A stretch of 64,000 nt of DNA from Haplodiscus bocki (taxonomy: Eukaryota). Below the pieces are notes generated by a model. That model searched no databases. It was not told the origin of the DNA and worked only from the letters and a program-made list of their open reading frames with translations. A program made the position numbers and the translations under genes. The DNA lies in NCBI GenBank assembly GCA_965655095.1, contig OZ296650.1, forward strand, positions 61,070,001 to 61,134,000, in the 5' to 3' direction. This document shows, in pieces, positions 12,401-27,549 of this stretch; position 1 is the stretch's first letter, and every line of letters starts with the position of its first letter.

Positions 12401-15400
12401 AAGCATTAGCTAGTTGACTTTCGAGAGAAAAGTATCATCATTACCTGTTTTGCGTTTTGAAAAGACGAATCAACCAGCAACAACAACAGTCTTTGAACTT
12501 TTTTCATTAGTTTTTTATTTCTCTCCATGAAAATAAAGAACTTTGCATCCTCTAATGTGTGATGACTATTGATTGACCGATTTTGAAATGTACAACCACG
12601 TTTTACGATATCAATGGTTTTATTGTGTCAAAAAGCACTATTTTGCATGGTCGTCAAAGTGTGCAAAAAATTTTTTTGTCATACGAGGGAACACCTGTCA
12701 CGGACAGAATTCATTTGTTCCAGTTTTCACATTTTTCTTAGCTTTTGATAGCTCGCAATCCCAGTCGGTGGTGGCCTTGATAGTGTCAATTAAAAAATGG
12801 CTGGTTCTTCTGTGGTTAAAATCAGGCATTCAGTAGGTTGAAAACGTCATTGGGTTCTGTTTCGAGAAATTTAATGCCACCAACATAACTGTACTAGTCG
12901 ACACAAGGCTGGACTTTTATGTTTTGCCTTTTTTCGGATAAATTGGGACGAAAAGTACGTTTACGTTTTTCTTTCATCACAGCATTGTTGACTATCCACA
13001 AACACACGCCGGAAAAACGCGACTGAAAGAAAAGGTCAAGTAATAACTTTTTTCCAGTCTAATGATTCCACTTCTGTCAATTCAAGAAGACATAACAACG
13101 GTTTCCGCTCCACGGAAAAATGCCGTCTGCTGAAAAGTAAGTAGCTCCCTACCAGACAACTTGAGTGGTTGCTGGTAACTTTTGAACAAGATGGCAGACA
13201 TCCGGAAATCTTCCAGCAAATCCCTACCTGGAAGATTGGTCCACGTTTTTGAAAGATAAACTGTTTGTTCACTGTAAAAAAGAACTCATAAAAGATTCCA
13301 GCAGACAAATTAAATCTATCGTTTGTTTCTATTACGAGAATAGAGTTTTTACCATCAAAAAACTTCGTTTTGAGCAAGGCCAATGCTTTTTCGCAGAGGT
13401 AGTTAACCTAAACATGAGCAAAAAGAATAGTTTCTTCACAATCTGTACCACAAAGCATAAAAGTGTAGATTTTATGACAGCAACTGTGATACTCGACATC
13501 GCACTTCTCAGGAGATACTTTTGCTGAGAAAGGTTTGAAAAAAGGTAGTACAATTTGTTGGAAACGTGATATGTTCAACAAGCAAGAAAAAGGTGTGTGT
13601 ACATTGGTACACACAGAAATACGCCAAGTAGTTGTAAACAATCTGAAAAAAGCTACACTAACTTTCACGTGCTCAAAAATGTTTTTAATGAGCAAAAACT
13701 GACTCTTGACTTCTTTGATTGGGACAGGACTCATTGTTTCGGGAAAAAAACGGACAATGACTGCTAACAAGAACAACCATGCACCTTACTGAAGAAACAA
13801 TATCGCCAGTCACAGCTTGCCACAAATAAACGTGACAGAAAACAGCTGAAACTTTCGGTTTCCGGCATAATTGTGTTCTGCTTATGGCAGTCAATGAAAT
13901 GAGTCAAAATCTAAGTTCGGAGTTGTTTTATATTACTTCAATTTGCCTCAAATGAGCTTGCTTTTCTCAGTTTGTAACGCAATAAATGAGTGGCCAATGG
14001 ACTTCGGGCCAGATGAAGTTACCGTGACTGTGAAGGATTTGGTTAAAATAAGAAGTCAAAGGTCAAAAACATGCCCCAACACTGCTCGGCAATCGATGCC
14101 GGCACAAGGGTGAGAGTTTTTGGAAGATCATTTGGCTGGAGTAACAAAAAATGAAAACTGGAGTGCACATACGAAGTCGACGGTCGAAGTTCTCTCAACT
14201 TTTGGAGCGCAGGAGGTTGATACAAGTGAGAAGAAATTATCAGATTAGAAGGACTGAGAACTCCGCTGCGACAACGCCGAGTTGGATTTTGACGCGGTCG
14301 CTACACCGAAGATAGATACACCCGTTGACAATTTGCTGCTGTGTTCAACAGGGACTCCAGTGAATTGGATAAGGGGAAGAACAAGAAGAATTCACATTTT
14401 ACATCTCCAGGGTCTCAAAAACAGACACAGGTTCCCACGTTACTGAGTGTTAGCTGTTTTAAAAAACTATTTAATTGGCTGCGAAATTTTGTTGGAAGGT
14501 GTCCGTTTTAGAAATTCTACGGTGTAAAGGATTTATAAAAAATTCTTTTAATGTATAAAATTTTAATAAATTTCTGCCAAAACCAGTTTAAAATATGTGC
14601 AATTCAAAATAATTCAATTTTTTTTTCTGTAATCTTGAGAGTACAAGCTTTTTTTTTATCATGTTCATACAGAGGAAAAACTGGGGCACGACAGCTAAAA
14701 CAAAACTCGAAGTCCTCGTTGGAAAGAGTGCAGGATATTCTGTTTGAAGGACGAGTGCGACTGTCCAGTACACTAAATTTCTGTAGGCTTTAAGAACTTG
14801 GGGTTGTGAGCAGGAAAACTCAGTGTAAACTTATAAGATGGAATTCTGTTAGAACATAACCTTGAACATCTCGAAAAAAATTGTATTCAAATCCGACAGA
14901 ATGTACATTTTTTTTATTCAGAATCTTACAATTGGTCGAAGTTGTGAACCAAAAGACGACACCTCCCCATAAATTTGGTTCGAATTTAAATCATTCGAAA
15001 AAAATGAAACAAAATCGTGTCTTTTTAAAAAAGCACAATATCTGCGGAAACTGACTTTTTTCTTGCAGTCAAAATCTGGTTTTCGAAAAACTTTGTTAGT
15101 TGACAACATATGCTGTTGTAAAAAAGAACTTGGTTAAACATCTGGTTCTTTTCAAACCTTTTCTTTCAAAGTCTGAGGTTTTGCGGATTTTTAGATTCAA
15201 ATTTTGATGCGTCAGTATTTTTTCGATTCAAGATCGAACGCATTGTAAAATTTGTAAATCCCAATGCGACCTCTGTGTTGTCTCCCGGTTTCTTCTTGAA
15301 TGAATAATTCTGTCACAACTACCAAAAACAACTTTCGTATTGAGCAGAACTGTTAGACAATTTCTTTTATGAAATGGGCTACAAACATTAAAATTAAGTT

Positions 15401-16099
15401 TCGCCGTTTTTGAAACTCACCCTACATCTTCGGAAGACTTTCGTTTTTGGCGAGAAACAGTCTTTTACATAAGCCGCAGACAAAACTCGGTAGTGCGCAG
15501 CTTTCCACAAATCATCAATGAGTCTCAAAAATTATCATTCCTTTAACAAAAAATCGCAAGCAATAATGGAAACTCAATCTGTTGTTTCCATCAGGTTCCT
15601 GGAGCAGTAGGAAAACTGGAGACAACAAAGAACTTGACGGGTACCCACAAACTACGCGTTGTTCTGATTGGGTTCGAACAATATCACTAGATGTGTTTCA
15701 GTCTCAGTATCAAACAAAAAACAAATTTGCCCGTCGGAAAAATTTCTAACAATGAGCAGCACGTGTTTGTGTAACCATTGGTGTTGTTTTTTGTTTATAG
15801 TGCTTTTGACGATAACGGGCTTGCTGCTGGTGACACTGAGAATTGATTTTAAGTAAACAAAAATCTTCCGAAGATCTATTTGAGACACTAAAGATTGGTG
15901 GCTTAAAAATCTCTCTGTGAGTGTTATTAAAGTACTAGTATCTTCATCAGCACCACCTCGAAAAACGTTACAGATTTTGTTACTACTAATACGTTTCTTA
16001 CCGTTTCAGATTGGTCAGTTCTTTTCGCAAAGATAAAACCACTGGCTTGCATCGGTTTAGTCTTCTTAAACGAGATCAAAATCTGTTTTCAGATTTTCT

Positions 16100-19000
16100 T
16101 CTTCAAGAGCTTCTTATCCCCAATAATGTCCAGTCTGTCCAATCCTCCGGTTCTTACCTTAAGGAAAACTTGCAACGAACAAGGTCAAACACATGCCATC
16201 TTTTCGCAAAAAGTTTCCGTTATGTTGGTGATTCATAATCGTAGAAAGACAGTCAGTGTGTTGAAATGGGAAAGAGAATGTGTCCAACCTCAGCAAAAAC
16301 ATTTCAACATTAACAGGCAGTAAAATGTGACAATTTTACGCGGTTAAATTGCACATCTTTCTGTCGTGGTGGGCATTGTAGCAATCTTCAATCACAATTT
16401 TTTTTGTGTGATTGCAAAACTAATGATTAAATCTCGTGAAGTGCTTGCAAGAGTAGAGCAACCAGTTGCAAAAAAACAGCAGCCACACGATTGTTAAACA
16501 TGTTTCATGAATAAAATTGAAAGTCAAAACACGAAAAAACGTTGCAATGCGTTACCAGAAACGAAATGACTTTCATAGTCGGCAATTTGTTGCGTCAATG
16601 TTCAAGGAAGGAATGAACCTCCGTAACAAAGTAGCAAAAATCAATAAGTGTTTGACTCGATTGAAAAATATATAGGACAAGCAACTTTCTACTCTAAAGC
16701 GTTCCCTCAGGGAAGTTCTCAACAACAATTCGTTCCACTCAGCAACCACAAGCCCCAAATCTGTCAAGCCGATAACATTCAGCAGCGATCTTTCCTTGGA
16801 CGAGCCTATTGGTAACGGTTAATTTGACGTTGGTAAAAAACAAGAGAAACTTGGACAATTTTCTCTCAAAAACGTCATAACTTCCGGGATTTTTATAATA
16901 TTGCGGAATATGGTGATGGCGAAATTCAAATAGTTTGAAATCCTAAAACGCCAGAGCCATATTTCAAGTTTTTCTGAGACTTTGAACTGATCCAGTTGTT
17001 GTTGCGGAAAACATTACAAGAGATTAATTTTTCTCCCCCGAACACATGCCAACATTATCAAAGGAGATGGAAAATCAACTGTTTTGGGCTCAAAAATATT
17101 TATGTGTTGTAAAGCTTCAAAACAGGAAACCTTGAAGACTCTGTTTTCGTACACAATGGTAAAACAAGTGATCCTGTTTGCTCAACTTTTATGGTTTGAA
17201 AGAAGGAACGGGGAGGAAAAAAAATCAACAGATCGTCTTTGTGATATTTCTAACTGATGACTATAAGTTTGGCGACCTGATGCGAAGAGTTCTACACATA
17301 ACAAAGTTGATGCCAATAAGACCCCTGTAATTTGTTCAAAAAATTTTTGCAGCCATATCTTCTTGATCATTTTTCTGTCGCTTAAAGTAAGGTTGAGTTG
17401 TAGCCTTGGATACAGTAGAAGCTTCTATCTCCATCTGAGGACAGAATTGGGACTTGGTCACGTTTCCTTGAATTCGAAACATCCAAAAACAACTCCGAAG
17501 ACAAGTATATTAACTGTAGTGTAAGCATCGCAGCAATCTTTACTCACACGTTTTTTGTGTGATTGCAAAACTAATGATTAACTCCCGTAAAGTTTTGCGT
17601 GAGAGGAGCAACCAGTTGCATCAAAACAGCAGGCCTTCGATTGTCATTCATGTTTCAAGAGGAACATTGAAAGTCAAAAATCGAAAAAACATTGCAATGC
17701 GTTACCAGAAACGAAAGAATTTCCATAGTTAGCAGTTTGTTGCGTCAATGTTCAAAGAAGGAATGAACCTCCATAGCAAAGTAAACAAAGTAGCAAGAAC
17801 CCAAACATGGGTGACTCGATTCAAAATTTATAGGACCATCTTCTTCCTAGTCTAAATCGTTTCCAACAACAACTTTTTTTAGCTCTGCAACCACTAGACT
17901 CAAATCTTTCAAACCGATAGCATACAGCAGCGATCTTTCCCTGTAAGAGCCTATTGGTAACGGTTAAACTGACGTTGGTAAAAAAAGAAGAGGAATTTGG
18001 ACACTTTTCTCTCAAGAGAGTCATAACTTCCGGGATTTTCATATTATTGCGGATAATGGTGATGGCGAAATTCAAATAGTTTGAAATCCTAAAACGCCAA
18101 AGCCATATTTCAAACTTTTCTGAGACTTTTTACTGATCTAGTTGTTGTTGCGGAAAACATTAAAAATGATTAATTTTTTCCCGCAAACACATGCCAACAT
18201 TATCAAAGGAGATGGAAAATCAACTGTTTTGGGCTCAAAAATTTTTATGTGTTGTAAAGCTTCAAAACAGGAAACTTTCAAGACTCTGTTTTGGTACACA
18301 ATGGAAAAACGAGTCATCTGATTTGCTCAACTTTTATGGTTTGAAAGAAGGAACGGGGAGGAAAAAAATCAACAGATCGTCTTCGTGATGTTTCTACTTG
18401 ATGACTATAAGTTTGGCGATCTGATGCGAAGAGTTCTACACCTAACAGAGTTGATGCCAATAGGACCCCTGTAATTTGTTCAAAAAAGTTTTGCAGCCAT
18501 ATCTTCTTGATCATTTCTCTGTCCCTTCAAGTAAGGTTGTGTTGTAACATTGGAGACAGTAGAAGCCTCTATCTCCAGCTGAAGACATATTTGGCACTTT
18601 GTCACGTTTCCTTGAATTCGAAACTTCCAAAAACAACTCCGAAGACAAGTATATTAACTGTAGTGTAAATGCAGAAATCACCAGACAAATAAAACAATAT
18701 TACCAGAACTGATTTTTCTTGTTCAAAATGGAGATGTTTTTATCAGCGGAAATAGTTGAGAACACTTCTTGAATCAAATAAAAAACCTGAGTTTTGTTGT
18801 TAAATCATACCAAACTTTTTGCACCTCAGTGGTAACAGAATCGATTTCAATTTGACGGAAGATCAAAAATTGGGAAAGAACTGATTCCACGGGACATGTC
18901 AAACAAATGGTAACTTTTAAAAAAAAATTTTGTCATGGTAATGCTTCATTATTTTAGAAAGACAGTCAAATTGTTGATATGTGAAACAGAATGTCTCTAA

Positions 19001-22000
19001 CAAATGCAAAAACACTTCAACAACACCAGGCAGTATAGTATGACAATTTTATACGGTTAAATTGCACAAATTTCCGTCGTGGTGAGCATCGCAGCAATCT
19101 TTACTCACATGTTTTTTGTGTGATTGCAAAAATATTGATTAACTCCCGTAAAGTTTTTGCGTGAGTAGAGCAACCAGTTGCAACAAAACAGCAGGCCTTC
19201 GATTGTCAATCATGTTTCAGGAGGAACATTGAAAGTCGAAAGGCGAAAAAACATTGCAATGCGTCAACAGAAACGAAAGAGTTTCCATAGTTAGCAGTTT
19301 GTTGCGTCAATGTTCAAAAAAAGAATGAACCTCCATAACAAAGTAAACAAAGTAGCAAGAACCCAAACATGGGTGACTCGATTCAAAATTTATAGGACCA
19401 TCATCTTTCTAGTCTAAATTGTTTCCAACAACAACTTTTTTTAGCTCTGCAACCACTAGACTCAAATCTTTCAAACCGATAGCATACAGCAGCGATCTTT
19501 CCCTGTAAGAGCCTGTTGGTAACGGTTAAACTGACGTTAGTAAAAAAGGAAGAGGAATTTGGACACTTTTCTCTCAAGAAAGTCATAACTTCCGGGTTTT
19601 TCATATTTTTGCGGATAATGGTGATGGCGAAATTCAAATAGTTTGAAATCCTAAAACGCCAAAGCCATATTTCAAACTTTTCTGAGACTTTATACTGATC
19701 TAGTTGTTGTTGCGGAAAACATTATAAAAGATTAATTTTTTCCCGCGAACACATGCCAACATTATCAAAGGAGATGGTAAATCAACTGTTTTGGGCTCAA
19801 AAAATTTATCTGTTGTAAAGCTTCAAAACAGGAAACCTTGAAGACTCTGTTTTCGTACACAATGGTAAAACAAGTGATCCTGTTTGCTCAACTTTTATGG
19901 TTTGAAAGAAGGAACGGGGAGGAAAAAAATCAACAGATCGTCTTTGTGATATTTCTAATTGATGACTATAAGTTTGGCGACCTGATGCGGAGAGTTCTAC
20001 ACATAAAAAAGTTGATGCCAATAGGACCCCTGTAATTTGTTTAAAAAAGTTTTGCAGCCATATCTTCTTGATCATTTTTCTGTCGCTTAAAGCAAGGTTG
20101 AGTTGTAGCCTTGGATACAGTAGAAGCTTCTATCTCCAGCTGAAGACAGGTTTGGGACTTGGTCACGTTTCCTTGAATTCGAAACATCCATAAACAACTC
20201 CGAAGATATTAACACTAACTGTAGTTGAAATGCAGAAATCACCAGACAAATAAAACATTAAACCCCGAGCTGTTATTTTCTTGTTCAAAATGGAGAGTTT
20301 TTTAATCAGCGGAAAAAAATGAGAACACTTCTTGAATCAAACGAAAAACCTGAGTTTTGTTGTTAAATCATGGCAAACTTTTTGCACTTCAGTGGTAACA
20401 GAGTCGATTTCAATTTGACGGAAGATCAAAATTTGGGAAAGAACTGATTCCATGGGACATGTCAAACAAATGGTAACTTTTTGAAAAAGATTTCTGCCAT
20501 GTTAATGCTTCATTATTGTAAAAAGACAGTCAATTTGTTGATATGTGAAACAGAATGTCTCCAACAAATGCAAAAACACTTCAACGACACCAGGCAGTAT
20601 AGTATGACAATTTTATACGGTTAAATTGCACAAATTGCTGTCGTGGTGAGCATCGCAGCAATCTTTATTCACATGTTTTTTGTGTGATTGCAAAACTAAT
20701 GATTAAATCCCGTAAAGTTTTTGCGTGAGTAGAGAAACCAGTTGCAACAAAACAGCAGGCCTTCGATTGTCAATCATGCTTCAAGAGGAACATTGACAGT
20801 CAAAAATCGAAAAAAAATTGCAATGCGTTACCAGAAACGAAAGAATTTCCATAGTTTGTTTGTTGCGTCACTGTTCAAAGAAGGAATGAACCTCCGTAAC
20901 AAAGTAAACAAAGTAGCATGAACACAAACGTGGGTGACTCGATTGAAAAATTTATAGGACCATCATCTTTCTAGTCTAAATTGTTTCCAACAACAACTTT
21001 TTTAGCTCTGCAATCACTAGACTCAAATCTTTCAAACCGATAGCGTTTAGCAGGGATCTTCCCTTGTAAGAGCCTATTGGTAACGGTTAAACTGACGTTC
21101 GTATAAAAGCAAGAGAAATTTGGACACTTTTCTCTCAAGAAAGTCATAACTTCCGGGATTTCTATAATATTGCGGAATATGGTGATGGCGAAATTCAAAT
21201 AGTTTGAAATCCTAAAACGCCAGAGCCATAATTCAAGTTTTTCTGAGACTTTGAACTGATCTAGTTGTTGTTGCGGAAAACATTACAAGAGATTATTTTT
21301 TGTCCCCCGAACACATGCCAACATTATCAAAGGAGACGGAAAATCAATTTTTTTCGGCTCAAAAAAATGAATGTGTTGTAAAGCACGAAAACAGGAAACT
21401 TTTCAAGACTCTGTTTTGGTACACAATGGAAAAACAAGTCATCTGATTTGCTCAACTTTTATGGTTTGAAAGAAGGAACGGAGAGGAAAAAAATCAACAG
21501 ATCCTCTTCGTGATATTTCTACTTGATGACAATAAGTTTGGCCCAGCAGTAATCGCGAAAAGTTTTTAAACGGAAGACAGGTGTTTGTTGGAGCGACAGA
21601 TTTTTTGTAAATAAGAGTTATCGAAAAAGTCATTGTGGTGGACACAATGGCAATGGAAACTCGTGTCGAAAAAGCAAAAACCGCCACACCTAATCAATTT
21701 AGACTTTACGCAAAAACAGAGGATGTCGTTGGAATGTTAGGGTGAAATACTGGCAAACAGTTTTCCACTTTATTTTGATTCAACGAGAGGCAAATTAATA
21801 TCTGGTTGGTCACATTGCTTGCTTCAACTACGCTTTCATGGGTTACTATTCCTGCCTTGTTTTTCCAATTTTGTCATACCTCATGCAGTTTTTCATTCAC
21901 TGTACTAGACATTGCACTCTCAGATCCTTTATTACTGAGGTGCGAGTAGTTTTATCGATTCGAATATTCGTGGAAACCTATTTTGCCCTCCAGAAAAGTA

Positions 22001-23400
22001 CAAAGTCGCAAAGCAATGTTTTCATGTTGCACAGAACAGCGGAGCTTGGGAAAGCAGAGAGCTCCCAAATATTGTTAAACGATATCAAGGAGTAGTTTTT
22101 GGATTTTCAATTGAAAAGCCGATTTTCCCAAAAGCTGTCTAAGTTGTCCACTCCCCTCGTCCTTTGTTTCAGGAGAGTTGCCATCGGACGATGTCAAAGA
22201 CATGGTAAATTTTTTTTAAAAAGTTTCTGTCATGTCAATGCTTCTTTATTGTGAAAAACAGTCAATGTGTTGATATGTGAAACAGAAGGTCTCCAACAAA
22301 GGCAAAAACACTTCAACGACACCAGGCAGTATAGTATGACAATTTTATACGGTTAAATTGCACAAATTTCTGTCGTGGTGAGCATCGCAGCAATCTTTAT
22401 TCACATGTTTTTTGTGTGATTGCAAAACTAATGATTAAATCCCGTAAAGTTTTTGCGTGAGTAGAGAAACCAGTTGCAACAAAACAGCAGGCCTTCGATT
22501 GTCAATCATGTTTCAAGAGGAACATTGACAGTCAAAAATCGAAAAAACACTGCAATGCGTTACCAGAAACACAAGAATTTCCGTAGTTAGCAGTTTGTTG
22601 CGTCAATGTTCAAAGAAGGAATGAACCTCCATAACAAAGTAAACAAAGTAGCAAGACCTCAAACGTTGGTGACTCGATTAAAAAAATTATAGGACCATCA
22701 TCTTTCTAGTCTAAATTGTTTCCAACAACATCTCTTTTAACTCTGCAACCACTAGACTCAAATCTTTCAAACCGATAGCATACAGCAGCGATCTTTCCTT
22801 GGACGAGCCTATTGGGAACGATTAAACTGACGTTGGTAGAAAATAAGACAGCTTTGGACAATTTGTTATCGAGAAAATCATAGGTTTCGGGATTTTTAAA
22901 AATTTGCGTAATATGGTGATGGCGAATTTCAAATCTTACGAAATCCTAAAACGTCTGCAGCTTTTTTCGGACATTTTGGAGACTTCGAACGTATGTAATT
23001 GTTCTTCAGGAAAACTTTACAAGAGAGTAGAATTTGACCCTCGAACAGATGCCAACAATATCAAAGGAGATGGACCACCAAACTTTTTCGGCTCCAGAAA
23101 TGGTTTAAATTATAGAGCACTAAGACCAGAATCTTTTCATGGCTGTTACTTTCCTGCTTACCTTTTTCACTTTCGTCATTCTTCTTGGCAGTTTTTCGTT
23201 TTTTGTACTAAACATTGCACTTGTAGACTAAATTCTACTGAAGAGCGGGTAGTTTTAACCATTCGAAGTTTCGTGGATACCTGTTTCACCGTCCAGATAA
23301 CTACACAGTGGCATAGCAATTTTTTTGGTGTACTAGAACGTTGCAAAGAACTACGGACGTCGAAACGAGTCAAGTGAAAAAGTCTCAAGCAAAAATATTG
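16100..23400. repeat. Tandem array of ~1.15-1.73-kb units (about 4.5 copies; central units 1561-1562 bp)
   Basis: The anchor GAAATTCAAATAGTTTGAAATCCTAAAACG recurs at 16921, 18067, 19629 and 21190, and in diverged form at 22924. The ORF track shows recurrent MIKKIWLQ.. and MNFAITI.. peptides. Confidence 0.95.
22100..23400 (-). pseudogene. Decayed Penelope-like (PLE) reverse transcriptase fragment, the likely source of the tandem unit
   Basis: Minus-strand motifs occur in PLE order across frameshifts: ISFDIVG (~23052-23072), FYQRQ../LPIGS (clearest at ~17945-17985), GKIA....FE, and R..KDDG.IIF (~22685-22715). Confidence 0.4.
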
Positions 23401-26400
23401 ATGAGCAAAAAACCGCTGGCTTGGTTTGCGGCAAACCCGTTCCAGATCTCTGATTGTCTTTTGGCAGCATATTTAGGACAGCTTGAGGATTTCTTGATTA
23501 CTTCTGGAGAAGTCATCAGAGTCTGGAGAAGGAACCTTGCAATCGAAACTTTTTGTTGGAGATGCCAATGTTCGATTACATTCTGATTTAAGGACTCTAA
23601 ACATGAAGCGCAACACTTTTTGCGGAAAAAAACTGGTTTTCAATGTTGAGTTGCCAAACACCCACAATGTTATCTTGAAATTTCCCCATGATGGATCTAA
23701 ATCACTGCAGTGAGTGCATAGTTGGGTGTCTAATAAAACCTAGTTGAAGGATTTGGGGACGCAAAGTCTGTTTCCTAAAGCCAGATAATTGTTGATTGGC
23801 AACCACGAACACAAGATCCACTATATTACTGTACAAACAGCGGATCCATCAGCTGAATGTTTTTTTGCGCGATTGATTGAAAAAGTCAAAATCTTTGGAA
23901 GGCAAACGCACACAATCACTCTACTATCCATTTTTTCCCAACATTTTTGAAAAAACTGCAGAAGTAGTTTCACTCAAATGTACCGAACGGATTTAATCTG
24001 GTTTATATGCTTCCTACGGAAGCTACTATGACAGAGAGACAGCCAATTGCAAAGTTTCAAAAACAACAAGGTGTTCCTTTTAAAGGAATCAACTTAGAGA
24101 AAAATATGCAAAATTAAATCATTCGTCAAAAGTTTACAGCTCATAAAAGTTACTATTCTTCCCGTTTTTACGCATTTGATTTGACATGGAGCCCTTTTTT
24201 TTCGTTCCAGCTTCTCTGTGCAAAAAACACTGAAGGAAAATGATACAGAAAACCAGTTACTAATGCTGAAGAGTTAATAGAAAAGTTTTTGTTTTGTGTT
24301 CGTATTAAGCTCGCAAATTTCCAATAGTTGAATATGGATGGTGTTGAAACAAGAGTTTTCTTCTGAGATTTTTCTCCATGAACGTGTATCAAAAACGTTG
24401 ACGTTCCAGACTTTTAGTTATATTAACTTAACGCTGCTGATGAATCTCAATCCCTGGTTCTGAGTCGAAATGCCAAAACCAAAGGGATTGAAGTCTGGTT
24501 GGGTCAGAAAATGAGAAGTTGCAAAAGTTTTGCATACAAGTCTGTGGCCCCTTTGGGTCGGTGAGCATTATCGCGAGAGTTAGCAATCTATGGTTATCAA
24601 AATTGAAAAATATATACTCCTCAAGGACTTCCTACACAGTTTTCTGCTCTATAATAAATGTAATTTCGAAAGAAATTAAGCTTTTGGAAATTCCACATTG
24701 ATACATGGTGCAAGAATTGGGCAGATTCTGGTATACTACCAAAATTATTCAAACGATTTGAAGTGTTTACAATTTGGCCTTGACTGATTTGATAGAACCG
24801 TAGTTTCAAAGTGAATGGAAGCAATGGATTTCAGAGAAACGGATCGGCTATTTTGTTCATGGTTACAAACGAACCGACCCCAGACATTAAGGTTTGACAA
24901 GTCAACAGATGTCACCGGAAAGTTGAAAAACCAATCCACTAAAGATAAAGCTAACTACGCATTGAGTGGACGTATGATGCGGTGTTGGGGCGGGGCAAAC
25001 AAGCTTTACAAGCCAGAATGTTCGCATTTATCTTGTTGTTTTTAAATTTTGCATTGACTTCGAAAAACCGCCAAATGAATTATTGTAGGACTAACAGGAG
25101 AAGACTACCGGTCGTGAATTTTAACGGACAGAGACGATCACAGATTTTCACCAATCGATTTGTTTCTAATTGCATGTGTGCAACTTTTACGGAACAAAGC
25201 ACCCAGCTCCTTCAGACACTTTTTACCGGAACAACTGAAAAAGAAAGTGCAATGACAAATGCAATTTTGGATTTCTTCTACCGATCATTGTGCCAAAAAT
25301 ATACAGAGTGGAAGTCATGTTTTTTGATAGAAAGTTTTGAAAATTCCCAGAAACCCAATATCGGATTCCGGTATCTTCCGTTCCATTATCCTTTTTGTGA
25401 AAGCGATGAACACGGTCATCTATGAAGAACACACCCACACTGGAAGCAACATCACACTCAAAGTCTTTCGGAGAACACAAGAACTTGAAATTTAAATTGC
25501 AAGTGTAAGATCCAGTCGAGCAACCTTGGGTTTTGAATGGGGATGGGAGTTTTAATGTAGAAACCACAATGGAAATGTCCATTTTGACCGCAAATTTTTT
25601 CTCCAGTTTTGCACGGACATTTTTGAGTATAATAATGTTGCTGACACAAAAGTTCTTCTGCTGTGTTGCATCTTTTTTACTTCAAAGCTAAAATCAGGGT
25701 TGCTGCTACTTACTGGACTGCACTTGAACTATGTGACTTTTTGTAAACTCCAGCCCAAATCGCCGCTCAAAATCTTTTAAGCAGTAATCACATTGAGGTG
25801 AAAAATACGGCGAGAGAAAAAGTTTTTTTGTATCTGTCGGTAACATTCCGATCGATAGACGCTTCTAATTGATCTCGCCTTGTCAAATTATTTTTCGGTT
25901 CCAAAATTTATGTTGCAGTTTCTCGCAACCTCGTAGAGGAAATCCCTCTGGTTTGTAATGCCTTGTTGTATCACAGACAAAAGTGTTACCATACCACCTC
26001 CCTCGATGGAAACCACGAAGAGCAAAAACTTGAATTGGCTCGGATCCATTAGTGAAAGAAACAACTTTTTTCAGTTATTGCTTCGCAATATTGATGTAAA
26101 AAGAAACGATCAACCTTTACAAATCAAAAGGACTGCGAGTCCAATATCCTATTTCTTCAAGAATTTGAAATGAGTTTTTTTGATAACGAAGAAAATCTGC
26201 ACGTGGAATGGTGTGACAACACAGAATCTGCTGGAGGCAGCCTAGAAGCCACTTTGTTTTGTATTTCTCAAACCAGCAGAAGCAAAGCGCTTGGTACAAC
26301 TGACAGTTAAATGCTGATTGGTAAAATGAAGGTTGCCTGGATTTCGATTCCTGACTTGCTGTACCCCATCACGAAAGATAGGCTTCGTCTAATCAGAACC

Positions 26401-27549
26401 AGACCAACTTTTATTGCATGATTAGTGAGAACTCGGACGACAATTTAAAAAAACATGGAAGAAGTCAAGCAATTGTAGGGTTTGATGTTAATGACAAATA
26501 TTGCGTATTAGTTACGACCATGGAAAGAATGAAAATTCGAATTGAAACCCCTTCAATTCTAAATGAAAAATATAGTCAGAGACCACCAAGTATCAATGTC
26601 TGATTTGAATTCAATGCAGGTTGTTTCGTAAAATTGTATTCATCCAAATCCGGTTGAGGTACCACTAAGCTGAGATGCCTGCTTTAATTTTCCTCTAAAA
26701 CCCATTGCCCAAGTCAGTGTAGTGATTGAGCAAGTTTCCCAGGTTGTCAATGGCAAGCTTGGCGTTGGTAAAGTTTCTTTCCAGCTTTTATCTAACCGTA
26801 TTTTTGTAATAAAGTATCGGTACTTCATTTCAATTCTTTCTCTTTATGCTCCCACACTTCCCAAAGACACTTCTGACACTTTAAGGTCGCAAATATGCAG
26901 TGGGCAGGTTGAGAATTGGCCAATAATTTTGAACTCTTGAAACAACTGCTTTTCGCAGATTTTGACTTTCCGCTGGAAGAACAAAAATATGAATTCAAAG
27001 CTAAACTTTTTAGAGGACTTTTTCTGGCAGTTAACGTTCCAATCCAGTTGAAAGAATCCCTGAGTGAAAGTTTAGTACCCTTTCGAAAAACATGTATTCC
27101 AATAGAAGACAAGTTTTGCTATTCATTTTACTTTGAAAATCTCTAACGTAGATGTCATTTGATACAACAATGACCCTAGTAAACGACAGATGAGCTTGCG
27201 GTCGAACTCAGAGTTATTAGGCTTTTTCTTGAACTGTTTCAAATTGCGTTTTGATTACACCGACTATTTTTCTCACAATGTTTGTTTTTCAAATATAAAC
27301 AATATTTAAGTTTTGAAAGAACTGGTTGAGTGCAGACATGGATTGAGCAATTGCTCGGTTCGTTTGTCGACAAATCACAGACTGGACTATGATCCAAACA
27401 ACGAAAAAATTATCCACCTGTTAAAATTCACCTTTTCTAGAAACAAACAATCAAGGTACGAAAAAGGGAAGCATAACCTGCCGACAGCTCGGGATCAATA
27501 TTATTGAACAATACAAAGAAGCGCTAATCTTTTTGGGTTAAAAAGGTTT

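Noticed and set aside
16100-23400. CRISPR array, or real repeated small genes (MIKKIWLQ.., MNFAITI..)
   Set aside because: The units are kilobase-sized with no repeat-spacer pattern. The ORFs vary in length and stops between copies, and the context is eukaryotic.
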